From Psammoneis japonica (Eukaryota): a stretch of 64,000 nt of DNA. Under the pieces are notes generated by a model, which did no database searches, was not told the origin of the DNA, and saw only the letters and a program-made list of their open reading frames with translations. Shown piece by piece: positions 24,912 through 35,644 of the stretch (its first letter is position 1; every line of letters begins with the position of its first letter). The position numbers and the translations under genes are program-made. The stretch spans positions 1 to 64,000 of the forward strand of contig QPGO01000011.1 in NCBI GenBank assembly GCA_008632985.1, written 5' to 3'.

Positions 24912-25505
24912 GACGAATTTCTCACTCGAATCGTATGCCTTTCGCCTTTCCTGGGTAACGAGCAAATGAACGATTGAAATGTCAAAAACGCAACACGTCT
25001 TTGCGCTGTTTTGAGTTTTTGAGAATCTTTTAGAATCATCCCCCGCGCGATTTTGCAAGAACAGTACATTTTTTACGGTTCTACGGCAATGTGAAATTTT
25101 CAAAAAATTGAAATCGTTTTTCATTTCTTTGATCGTCTAAGGGCTTGTATGCTAACATAAAATATACAGGTCTCTGCTTAGGAATATACCGGTATAATAA
25201 TTTTTATCTATTGAAAATGTGTAGTGTAGTGTATTTGTTTTATATAGCGAAATGTACCTCGAACATTGTCCACCCAACGAGGATACTGGAATAAATCTAC
25301 GTACTACTGTAAGGCACAACTAACACGCATCTGCTATTGTATGTATGGAATCTCCAAATCTCGAGCCTGCTATCGGTAAGGTTATGCAAATCTCGCATCT
25401 ATCGATCGCATCCCTCGCCCCTCGCTCGACACTTTGAACTTAACTTTTAACAATGCGATGAAGTAAGTGAAACTGTGCAATCGCTGGTCTCACTGTAATT
25501 GAAAA

Positions 25506-26381
25506 ATGGATCGTCCATCTGATGAAGGAGACAAGTTGGAAGGGCCATCGTCGTCTGTGGCTAGCAATTATGGGAGTACACAAGACGGGTTTGTTGATGA
25601 CGATAGCGCACCATTCTCACTCGGTGAAGAAGAATCATCAACACTGAATAAGCTCGTTCCTCCATCGACCACCATCACGGAGCATTTAGGAAAGCATCGT
25701 CAGTACTGGAGAGACATTATATTGGGCGTGAATGATGGTCTTATATCTACGTTTTTACTGGTAGCTGGAGTATCCGGTGGAGGCTTGTCTTCAATTGATA
25801 TTTTGCTGACGGGAATTGCAGGAGGACTAGCAGGTGCCGTCAGTATGTTTGCCGGAGAATTCATTGCAACGAAATCACAAGATGAGGTGCTGAGGGGAGA
25901 AATTGCTTTAGAAAAGAGTCATGTGTACTCTCATCGAAGAGAAGAAGTACAGGAATTGAATGAATTATTGAGCTTGATTGGAATTACGAGCGAGAACCAA
26001 CCGGACTTACGAGACGACCTTGTGAAATACTATGAGAGCAATCCAGAAGCGCTCTTGAAAATTATGGTGGCGCTCGAATTTGGAGTAGTAGAAGAAGAAC
26101 GGCGATCACCATGGCTGGCTGGTATGACGTCATGTGTATGCTTCTTTTTCGGATCACTCCCATCCATCATTCCGTTTGCGCTTACGGACGTTCCATCGAT
26201 TGGCCTTGCCTGGGCAGCCATTGTGACGGGCATGGCACTTTTGAGTGTAGGAGCCATCAAGACATGGGCAACTAGGGGATCACTGCTTATAGCATCTATG
26301 GAAAACTTGCTTGTTGGAGCGGTTGGAGGTGGCTTTGCATACGGAGTGGGCCGCCTGTTTGACCAAATAGTGAATGACTAG
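25506..26381 (+). CDS. VIT1/CCC1 family vacuolar Fe/Mn transporter
   Basis: Motifs RDIILGVNDGL and AGAVSMFAGEF; five hydrophobic segments. Confidence 0.9.
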   Translation: MDRPSDEGDKLEGPSSSVASNYGSTQDGFVDDDSAPFSLGEEESSTLNKLVPPSTTITEHLGKHRQYWRDIILGVNDGLISTFLLVAGVSGGGLSSIDILLTGIAGGLAGAVSMFAGEFIATKSQDEVLRGEIALEKSHVYSHRREEVQELNELLSLIGITSENQPDLRDDLVKYYESNPEALLKIMVALEFGVVEEERRSPWLAGMTSCVCFFFGSLPSIIPFALTDVPSIGLAWAAIVTGMALLSVGAIKTWATRGSLLIASMENLLVGAVGGGFAYGVGRLFDQIVND

Positions 26382-26398
26382 AGAGGATTATCCCTACA

Positions 26399-28586
26399 TT
26401 ATTTCAGGTTGCGCCAATGCTCCGGAAACAAGTCATCTCGAAACTCGACTGGGTGGCGAAAAGCATTGAATAAATGCTGGTCGCTAGTGTATGGCTTGTT
26501 GAAATATCGAATTGAATGCCTCGGAAAGTTTGTGACGAATCGTGGGAGACCCTTCCGATGCCACTTTGTTTTAGACCGAAACGATGATTGGAGAATTCGG
26601 ACCGTGTACGTGTCGGGATCGCCATCCTGGCCAATCACTGCGCATGGCCAGTAGGCTCCATCAAAGCTATCTTCGTAGTCTCCCGTGTATCTATTGCCGT
26701 CGCTTGTGGAGTATCGTCCAAGTATTTTACGGTCCGGCAGATTCTCCCACGTTTTGCCAGGCTTATACCCGTCCCACCAGTTGTCATTCTCCCTGTCGAA
26801 CGTTGTCGGCCAAAAGAGACACCCCGTCAAGAGATTTGTATGCTCTGCTATCCTGCGCAAGTCATGTGATACCAGCAAATCTAAAGGCTCCTCCTTTTCG
26901 TTGAGCTCCGTTGGTGAAACATACGAGTGGAATACGTCGTTGTCCACTGGAGGCGACCACGTCGCGACATGGTCATCCCAAGCCTCTTCCCAACCACTCC
27001 CATAGTCCATAAAAATCTCTTCACCCTCTTCAATGTCTCGGGTAGCGAATACTTCGATTGACAAGCCCCTCTCCTTTGACTGTTCTAAATCTTCCAGGGA
27101 CATTTCGAGAAATGAGTTCGTTCTGTTGGAGTCCCAACCCGATGCCCATCTGTATTCTGCGTTGGGACCCTTCCCTCCGCAGTCTTGCTTGCGTCGAAAA
27201 CTACAATGGTTGATCAGCATCGCATTCGTGATTGGGCACATGAGCATGGAGCTTTGACTGTGACCAAAGCAATAATTCATGAGAAGCTGGTATGGCTTCA
27301 CATTGGGATCATCCGAATCTACTTTCATTCGAAGAACTTCTTTATTCGTCATGTGCAGCATTGGAGCGGGTACAATGATCTCTCCTTTTGAAACAAATCG
27401 TTTTGCCATTGCACCTTGACCGGCGTGGTCAAGTGTACTTGGCCTCGGCGCGATTGTGTCAACACACATTCCGTTTTCTTGAATCCATTCTACGGTTCTT
27501 GGAGTCGTCCCGATATCCCTCGCGAGACGAATTTTTATTTCTTTCTCATCGTTCATTGGAAGATGTGTCATGATCTTCTTCAAGGACAAGTAGGTCGTAG
27601 GGAGTAAAGACGACGCTTTCTTGTTGTATGCTTCCACTTCCTTGCTTACATTGTATACAATATCATCTGTTAACGCCATGACAGAGCACGGATGAGCTGT
27701 GCCAACAAAGCAATCATGAATTCCACAAGGACCACCCTTACTTACCAAAAAGTGATATTCGCTTGTCTCTTTCTTCGCCCATCAAATTGTGCGCACTTCT
27801 GAATTTTAACAGATCTCTCCAAGTTTTGGTAACAACCGTGGCAGCAACATCGAAGTCGCCGTTACGTGCGATGTATCTTGACCAATCCGGCGAATTCTTG
27901 TCAATTGGTCCACAGTGACCATAATTGAGAAAGAGTTCTTCACCCGCTTGAACGTCTCTCTTCACAGTTATCTCCCTTCCCCTGTGATACGAAAAGGCGC
28001 CGACACCAGGATCGATACTGCGATTCTGAAGCATCCCATCGTTGTATGCGCGATGAGAGGGGTTCTTGATGCTCAAAGACTGCAATATGCAATGATGGTT
28101 TGGTAGCTCGCTAAACGTGATCTTGAAATCGACTGCCCTGCCGCCTTCAAGCTTAAGCTGGTCAGCAACTCCCCTTCCCCACCAGTATTCGCCAAACTCA
28201 TCCAACCAGGCCCATCGTGATTCTTGTACAGCATCTGGCTCATCTGATGTAGGCCTGGAATAGTCAAGTACAGGAATACTCAAACCATCAACTGCTCTTA
28301 CAATTACATCATTCTTCGACAACGTCTTTGTGGTATAGATCCCCATACTTGAAATGCCAACGACCGAAGACTCCGCCATGTAAACAGTGCAGGTGTTGCC
28401 TGTTTCTTGTTCCCCTCTGCTTTTGTTCAGCTTTTTCCCTGTGCCCGTTTTGCTCATTTTATCTTTTGCAAACCACTTGTAGTAAAAGAAGGAAAGCTCA
28501 AGCATCAAAACCAAAACAATCAATGTCATTGCCCACATCTGGCTGCGCCCATTGCTGCTGCTACCGTTCGCTTTTCTGGCCATCAT
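26399..28586 (-). CDS. Secretory double-SET-domain protein, paralog 1 (intron 27745-27667)
   Basis: N-terminal TM segment; SET-like motif pairs PNHHC...[14 protein letters not shown] and LINHC...RDIEEGEEIFMDYG; conserved C-terminus PYTSDQHL..AFRHP. Confidence 0.8.
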
Positions 28587-28848
28587 CGTAGAGCTTTAGT
28601 CAAAAGGTAAGTAATGGACGGAAATGATAACCTCCAACACGAAGCTGCTCAGTGGTTAGCAGAGATTATGCCCTACTTCTCGAGCGTTCCAACGCATTTT
28701 TGGTCCGTTGAGATGGGATTCGGCGAGGACTCGTGTGTAAATAATGGCGCGACCAATATCTTTTAAGTTGCAGTCGTGTGTCAGTAATATAATATCTACA
28801 AAGCGTAATACTTATAATGAAAATTTAGTGATTTGCGCCGCAGTCGTC

Positions 28849-31076
28849 TCACTTTTTCAAGTTCCTCCACAGCTCCGGAAACAAATCGTCTCTGAATTCA
28901 ACCGGATGCCGAAAGGCACGGAGCAAATGCTGATCGCTAGTGTATGGTTTGTTGAAATAACGAATCGAATTTCGTGGAAAATGAGTAACGAAACGTGGTA
29001 GATCTTGTTCATTCCACAAAGTCCATCGACCGAAATGAGATTGCAGAATTTGAACCGTATACGTGTCAGCATCCACATCCCTATCAACAACATTACAAGG
29101 CCAATATGATCCGTCATATTGGTTCACATAGTCTGCATCATACATCTCTCCATCGTTGGTTGAATATCGCCGTAGAATTTCTTTGTCACTCAATTCCAGC
29201 CAAGATCTTTCCCCGTCTGCCAACCACCAGACATCTTCATCTGTGTCGAAGGACGTAGGCCAGAAAATGCAACCGGTGTAGAGATTAGTATGTTCCTCTT
29301 GCTCTCGCAAGTCGTGTGACACCAGCAACTGCAAAGGTCCTTCCTTTTCGTTGAGCTCTGTTGGTGAAATATAAGAACGAAATAATTCGTCATGCATCGG
29401 AGGCGACCATGTTGCAACATGATTGTCCCAAGCTTGTTCCCAACCAAGTCCATAGTCCATAAAGATCTCTTCACCCTCTTCAATGTCTCGGGTAGCGAAT
29501 ACTTCAATGGACAAACCCCTGTCTTTTGATCGTTGAAGCTCCGAGATTGACTTCTTCAGAAACGATTTTGTATTGTTGAAGTCCCAACCCGACGCCCAAC
29601 GGTACTCCGCGTTTGGACCTATCCCTCCACACTCTTTCTTTCGTCGAAAACTACAATGGTTGATCAGCATTGCATTCGTGATTGGGCATAGAAGCAAGGA
29701 GCTTTGGCTGTGACCAAAGCAATAATTCATGAGAAGTTGGTACTGCTTCACATCGGGGTCCTCCGTGTCCACGTTCATCCGCAGAGCTTCTCTATCCGTG
29801 ATATGTAGCATTGGAGCGGGTACAATAATCTCTCCTTTCCGCACGGATCTTTTCGCAGTTGCACCTTGACCGGCGTGATCAAGTTTACTTGGGCGCGGTA
29901 AAATGGTGTCTGCGCACATTCCATTTTCTTCCAGCCACTGCACTGTCCGTGGAGTCGACCCAATCTCTCGCGCTATCCTTTTTGTGACTTCCTTTTTATC
30001 TGCTCCTGTTAAATTTGTCATGATATGTTTCAATGAGTCATAGGTGGATGGCATGAGCGACGCGGCTTTCTCATTATAACTCTCGATCTCCTTGCTCACA
30101 CTGTAGATAATGTCATCTTTAATGAGCGAGAAATAGCAATGGGCGGCGACGGTACGTTAGAAAAGAGATTGCATCTTGATCGAGCAAATAATCAACAGAA
30201 TTCGCCCGTACCAAAAAGTTTAATTTGTTTCTCTCTCTCCTTGCCTTTCAATGCATCCACATTTTTATATTCAGAGAGTTCCCCCCACGTCTTTATCGCT
30301 GCCTTTGTGGCAATGCTATAGTCTTTGTAGCCTTTTACGTATACACCCCAATCTGGTTCATAGTGCTGTTCCTTTTGCCCACAATACCCATAGTTCAAAA
30401 ATAGCTCCTCGGCAGCTTCTACGTCTCTGTGAACATATACTTCTCTTCCCATGTGATACGAAAACGCTCCAATACCTGGATCACTGCTTCGATTCAATAG
30501 TCCATCGTTGTATGATTTTCGGGAGGGATGTTTTAGAAACATGTTACTTAAAATGCAATGATGATTCGGAAATTCCCCAAAGGTAATCCTGAAATCAATT
30601 GCCTTTTCCCCTTCCATCTTCATCTGAGCCGCTATATTTTTCTCCCACCAAAATTCTTGGAAAAGCTTGATATATGCGGAGCGAGCTTTCTGAACAGATT
30701 TCGGCTCATTCTTGATTGGTGTACGAGCGTCAATGACAGGAATACTCAGGCCATCAGCAGATTCAACAATGACATCTCCTTTACGCAGGTCTCTTCCGGT
30801 ATAGATGGCCATGGTTTGAATTCCATGTACCGAAGACGGGGCCAAATACACGGCACAGCTACTTGCATCTTCGCTTTTGCCTACCCCTTTGTCGTGATGT
30901 CGCAAACTCTCGCGTAATGCAACTTTCCCCGAAACAACAACGCTGCCTGGAACGCCACCTTCCTGTCTGTACCACGAGTACGAAAACAGTGCTAGTTGCA
31001 CCCACAAGACAAGTAGGACCAAGAACTTTATACGATTGTTGGTGAGACTGAGTTGGATGTTGTTGCCCTGATCCAT
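28849..31076 (-). CDS. Secretory double-SET-domain protein, paralog 2 (intron 30211-30117)
   Basis: Same architecture and intron position as paralog 1; the C-terminal halves are highly similar at the DNA level. Confidence 0.8.
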
Positions 31077-31251
31077 GACGCTGACACCACCTGACAAGTC
31101 CCCCCCCTCAAGATGTACGCTCCTTTTTGATTGGATTAAAAGGTAAATAGAATGTATGGATTAAAAGGGCACTCAGGCGCAGCTATGCTGAACATAGGCA
31201 GCAGCAATTACCCTAGAGTTGCGTTATTTATGAGAGATTGATTGATGAAGG

Positions 31252-31408
31252 GAAGCAAAATCCAAAATGTGGCGGCATAAACACGCCGATCGCAGATGCG
31301 GCTGTTGTTTAGACGGCTGGCGAGTCGGAAGAGAAGCAACATCCAAAATGTGGCGGCATAAACACGCCGATCGCAGATGTGGCTGTTGTTTAGACGGCTG
31401 GCGAGTCG
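31252..31408 (+). repeat. 81-bp-period tandem duplication in a divergent intergenic region
   Basis: tccaaaatgtggcggcataaacacgccgatcgcagatg...cgagtcg at 31261 and 31342. Confidence 0.92.
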
Positions 31409-31652
31409 CGTGTCGCCAAGCGCGACCTAATTCGTCCAATCCACGAGAAAATGTATGAGACTTTAACGGAACCGGGACCAAAGATAGATTTTAAAATACA
31501 CGAGGACATAAATAAGTCGACGTCAGTTTTCTCGAAATTTGAGAATTCCGACAAATTCCGAAAATCAAAAATCGCATCTGTTTTCACTTTCCCACTAACT
31601 TGCCACGCCGTTGCTGTTGTTATCGTCCGCCGCGTTCTTGTGGAAGAGAAGA

Positions 31653-34007
31653 ATGGTGTTCTGCAGGAGAAGGCGCCACGGTACTACGATATACGTTGCT
31701 ACATTGTTGCTCCTTTTTGTGCAGTTTGATGTCTCTGGCGGGTTTTCGCATAGAAAATTCCCGACACAAAAGTCACAATTTCGTCGCTTCAGACATGCTG
31801 AGGCAATGACACGAATTCTGCCCAGCCAATTTTCACTCCATATACTGTGCGCAGTTGATCAACGGCAGGACGAGAAATGTGTAAAACGTCTCGACGGTAT
31901 CGACAGCTCAGGAAAGTCATTCTTCAGTGACTGGCGTAGTGCAGCTGCTTCGTGTTTGCTTCTCGTTCTAATGAGTCTCACCACCGACGCATGTTGGGCG
32001 GCGCAAGAAGGCACTGGGTCTCCATCCATGAGGTACTGGGATATTATGAAGCATGGTCCAACGGAACTAGTAACTCAAGCCAACGAGGGCTTGGTAGATT
32101 ACGCCGTAAGAACTGTCAACACGAGTAAGTACCGTATTGTATGTCCTAGTGACTGCGCACAGGTGTTGCTTGTTACGGTACGTTTCCTCAAACATTTCCT
32201 CATCATAAATTCTCTACTTCAAAAAGTGTACTATGACAATTCGGGCGGTGCCTATTTTGAGCCACAGGACTTCTATTCTCGTTGGAAATTCGTGAGGAAT
32301 TTCGCAAGGGACAAACACAAGGATCCGGCAGTGGCAAAGTTCAGTCAAAGAAACAACGTCCCTGCTGATATTGCTTTTGACAGCCGCGAGAATGCCGTTC
32401 GGGGCCTCAAGTGGCTTATATCTACCATCAATGACCCATTCAGCAAGTATCTGACACGAGATGAGTTGAGACAGGAGCTTCAAGTGAGTGACAATCATGG
32501 TTTTTTAGGTTTGGGAGCAATTGTTGAACCACCTGCCTTGAATCAGAAAGCTCCAATCTGGGGCCCCTTGGGACAGCAACCTTTGGCAGCTCAAGTCCTA
32601 CAGAAACAACTAGTCTACGCAAACAAGAAACAGCCACCCCTCTTGTCGATAACTCAAGCATCAAATCTACCAATGGTCACAGCTGTCTGTCCGGATTCAC
32701 CGGCGGAACGATCGGGAGTGATTGTAGGAGATCGAATAGTCGCTGTAGGGAGCGACAATTTTCTTGGTCAAACTCGTACTGCAGTGACAAAAGCCTTGCA
32801 ATCTCGATACAATGCCGAGAATTACATTGGTTATCCGGAAGTTACAATAGCCAAGCCGCTTGTCGTAGCTGCTGACAACAAGGAGACAAGCGAGGTCGAG
32901 GAGGAGGTGTTGATTGGATACCGACTTTCCCGAGTGAAATTGCCTACCACTCTCGTGGAACCATTTCACCTGTATCCAACTCCAGAGGGTGTTACATCGG
33001 GTGGGGACGCCATTGTTCACTACGAGCTACTCACACCGCAAGACTCCATCTTCGATCGTCCAGAGACCTCCTTGTCGACTCACGAACGTGTGGGGTATAT
33101 TCGATTAACACGGTTTTCGCGGGCCTCCACGGCCGGATATCTTCACGCTGTATCCGAATTGGAGGCAGCTGGTGCTCAATCTTACATTATTGATTTGCGG
33201 AACAACTATGGTGGCATTATACAGGAAGCAATGCTGACTGCATCCACATTGTTACGCGACCCGCACTTGATCCTATGTTATACCATGAACAACCGAGGCG
33301 GCTTCATGCCCCATGAAGTAGCAGAGTTTATTTTGGATGAACGGTTTCCTGGGTATCTTTTATCAAGTGAGTCAAAGAGTGTTACCCTGAATCAAGTGAA
33401 ACGAGAATCGCCCGAATTCTTGGACAAGGACGGCGGATTTAAGTTTGTCCCGCCTAGTTCGTATGCAAGTCTCCATGAGCAATCAGTGAAACGCGGAATT
33501 CATATAGCCACAAGCATGACAGCAGCATCTTCCGCAACTGCTAGTCAGCGGAATGTGGCCTTGCCATTTTCTTCGCCGTTGAATACACAAGCAGCGCAAA
33601 TGCGAGCACAAAAGAAAGTTGTGATCCTCATCAATGAAGGCACCGCCTCGTCGGCGGAAGTTTTTGCATCGGCCTTGCGCGACAATGGCAGGACCGCTGC
33701 CCTAGTAGGAGCAAAGTCGTATGGAAAGGGGCTCATACAGCACACGTTTCCAATGCCAGATGGCGGGGGACTTCGACTGACTGTTGCTGAATACCTAACA
33801 CCTACACTTCAGCATGTAACTCACGTCGGCAATGCCAGATTCGACAGGACAACCGGAGAATGGGTTGGGGGTGGTATTCGACCAGATATTAGTTGCGACA
33901 GCAGACAAGGGATACCCAGCGACATTGGGGCGGATTTGTGTGTGGGAGTCGCGCTGGATGCCCTTGAAGATGCCGCATCACCATTGGGCGATGGCGGTTC
34001 AATCTAA
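31653..34007 (+). CDS. C-terminal processing peptidase (S41A, CtpA-like), probably plastid/thylakoid targeted; in-frame intron 32125-32226; start uncertain
   Basis: Motifs DPFSKYL, PDZ-like GLG...SPAERSGVIVGDRI, GYIRLTRFS, IIDLRNNYGG, catalytic TASSAE and SYGKGLIQ. Confidence 0.88.
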   Translation: MVFCRRRRHGTTIYVATLLLLFVQFDVSGGFSHRKFPTQKSQFRRFRHAEAMTRILPSQFSLHILCAVDQRQDEKCVKRLDGIDSSGKSFFSDWRSAAASCLLLVLMSLTTDACWAAQEGTGSPSMRYWDIMKHGPTELVTQANEGLVDYAVRTVNTSKYRIVCPSDCAQVLLVTVRFLKHFLIINSLLQKVYYDNSGGAYFEPQDFYSRWKFVRNFARDKHKDPAVAKFSQRNNVPADIAFDSRENAVRGLKWLISTINDPFSKYLTRDELRQELQVSDNHGFLGLGAIVEPPALNQKAPIWGPLGQQPLAAQVLQKQLVYANKKQPPLLSITQASNLPMVTAVCPDSPAERSGVIVGDRIVAVGSDNFLGQTRTAVTKALQSRYNAENYIGYPEVTIAKPLVVAADNKETSEVEEEVLIGYRLSRVKLPTTLVEPFHLYPTPEGVTSGGDAIVHYELLTPQDSIFDRPETSLSTHERVGYIRLTRFSRASTAGYLHAVSELEAAGAQSYIIDLRNNYGGIIQEAMLTASTLLRDPHLILCYTMNNRGGFMPHEVAEFILDERFPGYLLSSESKSVTLNQVKRESPEFLDKDGGFKFVPPSSYASLHEQSVKRGIHIATSMTAASSATASQRNVALPFSSPLNTQAAQMRAQKKVVILINEGTASSAEVFASALRDNGRTAALVGAKSYGKGLIQHTFPMPDGGGLRLTVAEYLTPTLQHVTHVGNARFDRTTGEWVGGGIRPDISCDSRQGIPSDIGADLCVGVALDALEDAASPLGDGGSI

Positions 34008-34658
34008 GGGACGACGCGATTACTTCACATTAGTCTTTTCTTTTGTGAGCATAGCTTTCAAAGCGTGTACCCCCAAGCCATAAATTTTGGGGCGATTGAG
34101 TCCGTGGTACTGTCTTTGTGGCGGAACTAGCCTTTCCGGCAACTAGAGGCCCCGGATGCTCAACGTGTTCTGGTTTCGACTCTCATGTCGATTATAACCG
34201 TAGACGAACTGCTGCTTTCACACTTTGCAGTCATGTCGACCACTGTTTAATGTTTCAGATTGAAATAGTAGTACAGTTCATGCAACACCAGGACTGGTGT
34301 AGCCTTCTCGTGCAAGGTTTAATACTCTCTAGAGTGGGAGCGTCGGCAGCTGGGATTCCTGCGTCCGAGCATTTGCGGAAGTACAAACTGGAACGTGCTG
34401 GTCTGAGACGGGTAGATCTGGACTACAATACTAGCTATAAGAACTCATGATTCTTTCAAAGTCTTAGTAGCATTGGGATCCTTGGTAGCAGTGTGCTTCT
34501 ATTGGACCTGCACCGAATAGGGCGAAATTCTAATGGATGAATGCATGTACTATCGCTAATCAACATGGTGCATCATGCCCACCAGCGCACTTCGGTTTCA
34601 GCCGTCACCGCTACCGCAATGCAGCTTGTGGTTTGGCAGTCTCCTTTCTGGTGCCATA

Positions 34659-34727
34659 GATTGCATTATAATAGCTTTTTTGATCGTCAGCCAGATTGCA
34701 TTACAATAACTTTTTTGATCGTCAGCC
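34659..34727 (+). repeat. Short direct repeat (about 35 bp, 2 copies)
   Basis: gattgcattataatagcttttttgatcgtcagcc followed by gattgcattacaataacttttttgatcgtcagcc. Confidence 0.85.
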
Positions 34728-34828
34728 GTTCGAGTTGAGCGCAATTCGTTTCGATGTTCTCGCAAGAGAGTCCAGAGTAAACATTGTCATTTTCCGTTCA
34801 AGTAACACAAGCCCTACACTTTTCTACA

Positions 34829-35578
34829 TTATTCCTCCTTTTTCTTTCCAATCAAGAAGAGAGCCGCATCTTTCTTGGGCTGCCATTCATGAACAATCTC
34901 GAAACCAGTCTTCTGCATCGAATCCTTGAGCTCACTCGTGGTAAAACAATTGACTTGAGGAGCAATACCAAAGAATTTGGCGACCGGAAAGAGCGATTTC
35001 ATAAAGAACCGCGTCGATGCTCCCATGTCGGAAATACAAATCGTGCTGGTTACAAAATGCCCTCCGGGTTTTAACCAGGAATGAACTCTCCTCATGGCTG
35101 CTTCCTTGTCGTTCAACAAATGAAGAATACTCATGCCCAAAACAACGTCTTGACTCTCACGAGGCAACTCTAATTCATCAATGGACGTTGCCTTGAATTC
35201 GATATTCTTAACTCCCGCCTTGTCTGCCTTTTCTTGGGCAATCTCAATCATGCGAGGCGAAATGTCTGTGGCAAGAATCTTGGCAACATAGGGACTGTGA
35301 ATGATGGAGGTACCGCCAGTACCACAGCCAAATTCAAGAACAGAATCGGTTGGTTTCATGTAGGACTGGGTGATTTTTAGCTTCTTCTGATAGGCTTCTT
35401 CATCTTTGATGGGGCTCTTACTGTAGTTATCCGCGAATCTGTCCCATAATTTGGCGGTCCGCTCTGTATCCTTGGTATTCGTCATGACGGTTCTTGAAAA
35501 ATTTCGTGGTGCAGCGGAAAGGGATTTAACTGGAGAAGAAATCAATCCAACAATGAAAATACTTGATCTCGGCTTCAT
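34829..35578 (-). CDS. Class I SAM-dependent methyltransferase with N-terminal targeting peptide, intronless
   Basis: Motifs VLEFGCGTG, ATDISPRMIEIA, ILHLL and LKPGGHFV. Confidence 0.9.
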   Translation of the reverse strand: MKPRSSIFIVGLISSPVKSLSAAPRNFSRTVMTNTKDTERTAKLWDRFADNYSKSPIKDEEAYQKKLKITQSYMKPTDSVLEFGCGTGGTSIIHSPYVAKILATDISPRMIEIAQEKADKAGVKNIEFKATSIDELELPRESQDVVLGMSILHLLNDKEAAMRRVHSWLKPGGHFVTSTICISDMGASTRFFMKSLFPVAKFFGIAPQVNCFTTSELKDSMQKTGFEIVHEWQPKKDAALFLIGKKKEE

Positions 35579-35644
35579 GTGTTTTGTTTTATGAGAGTGT
35601 GTGATGGACTACTGATGGGTCGATCTTATTTTGAAAGAACATTA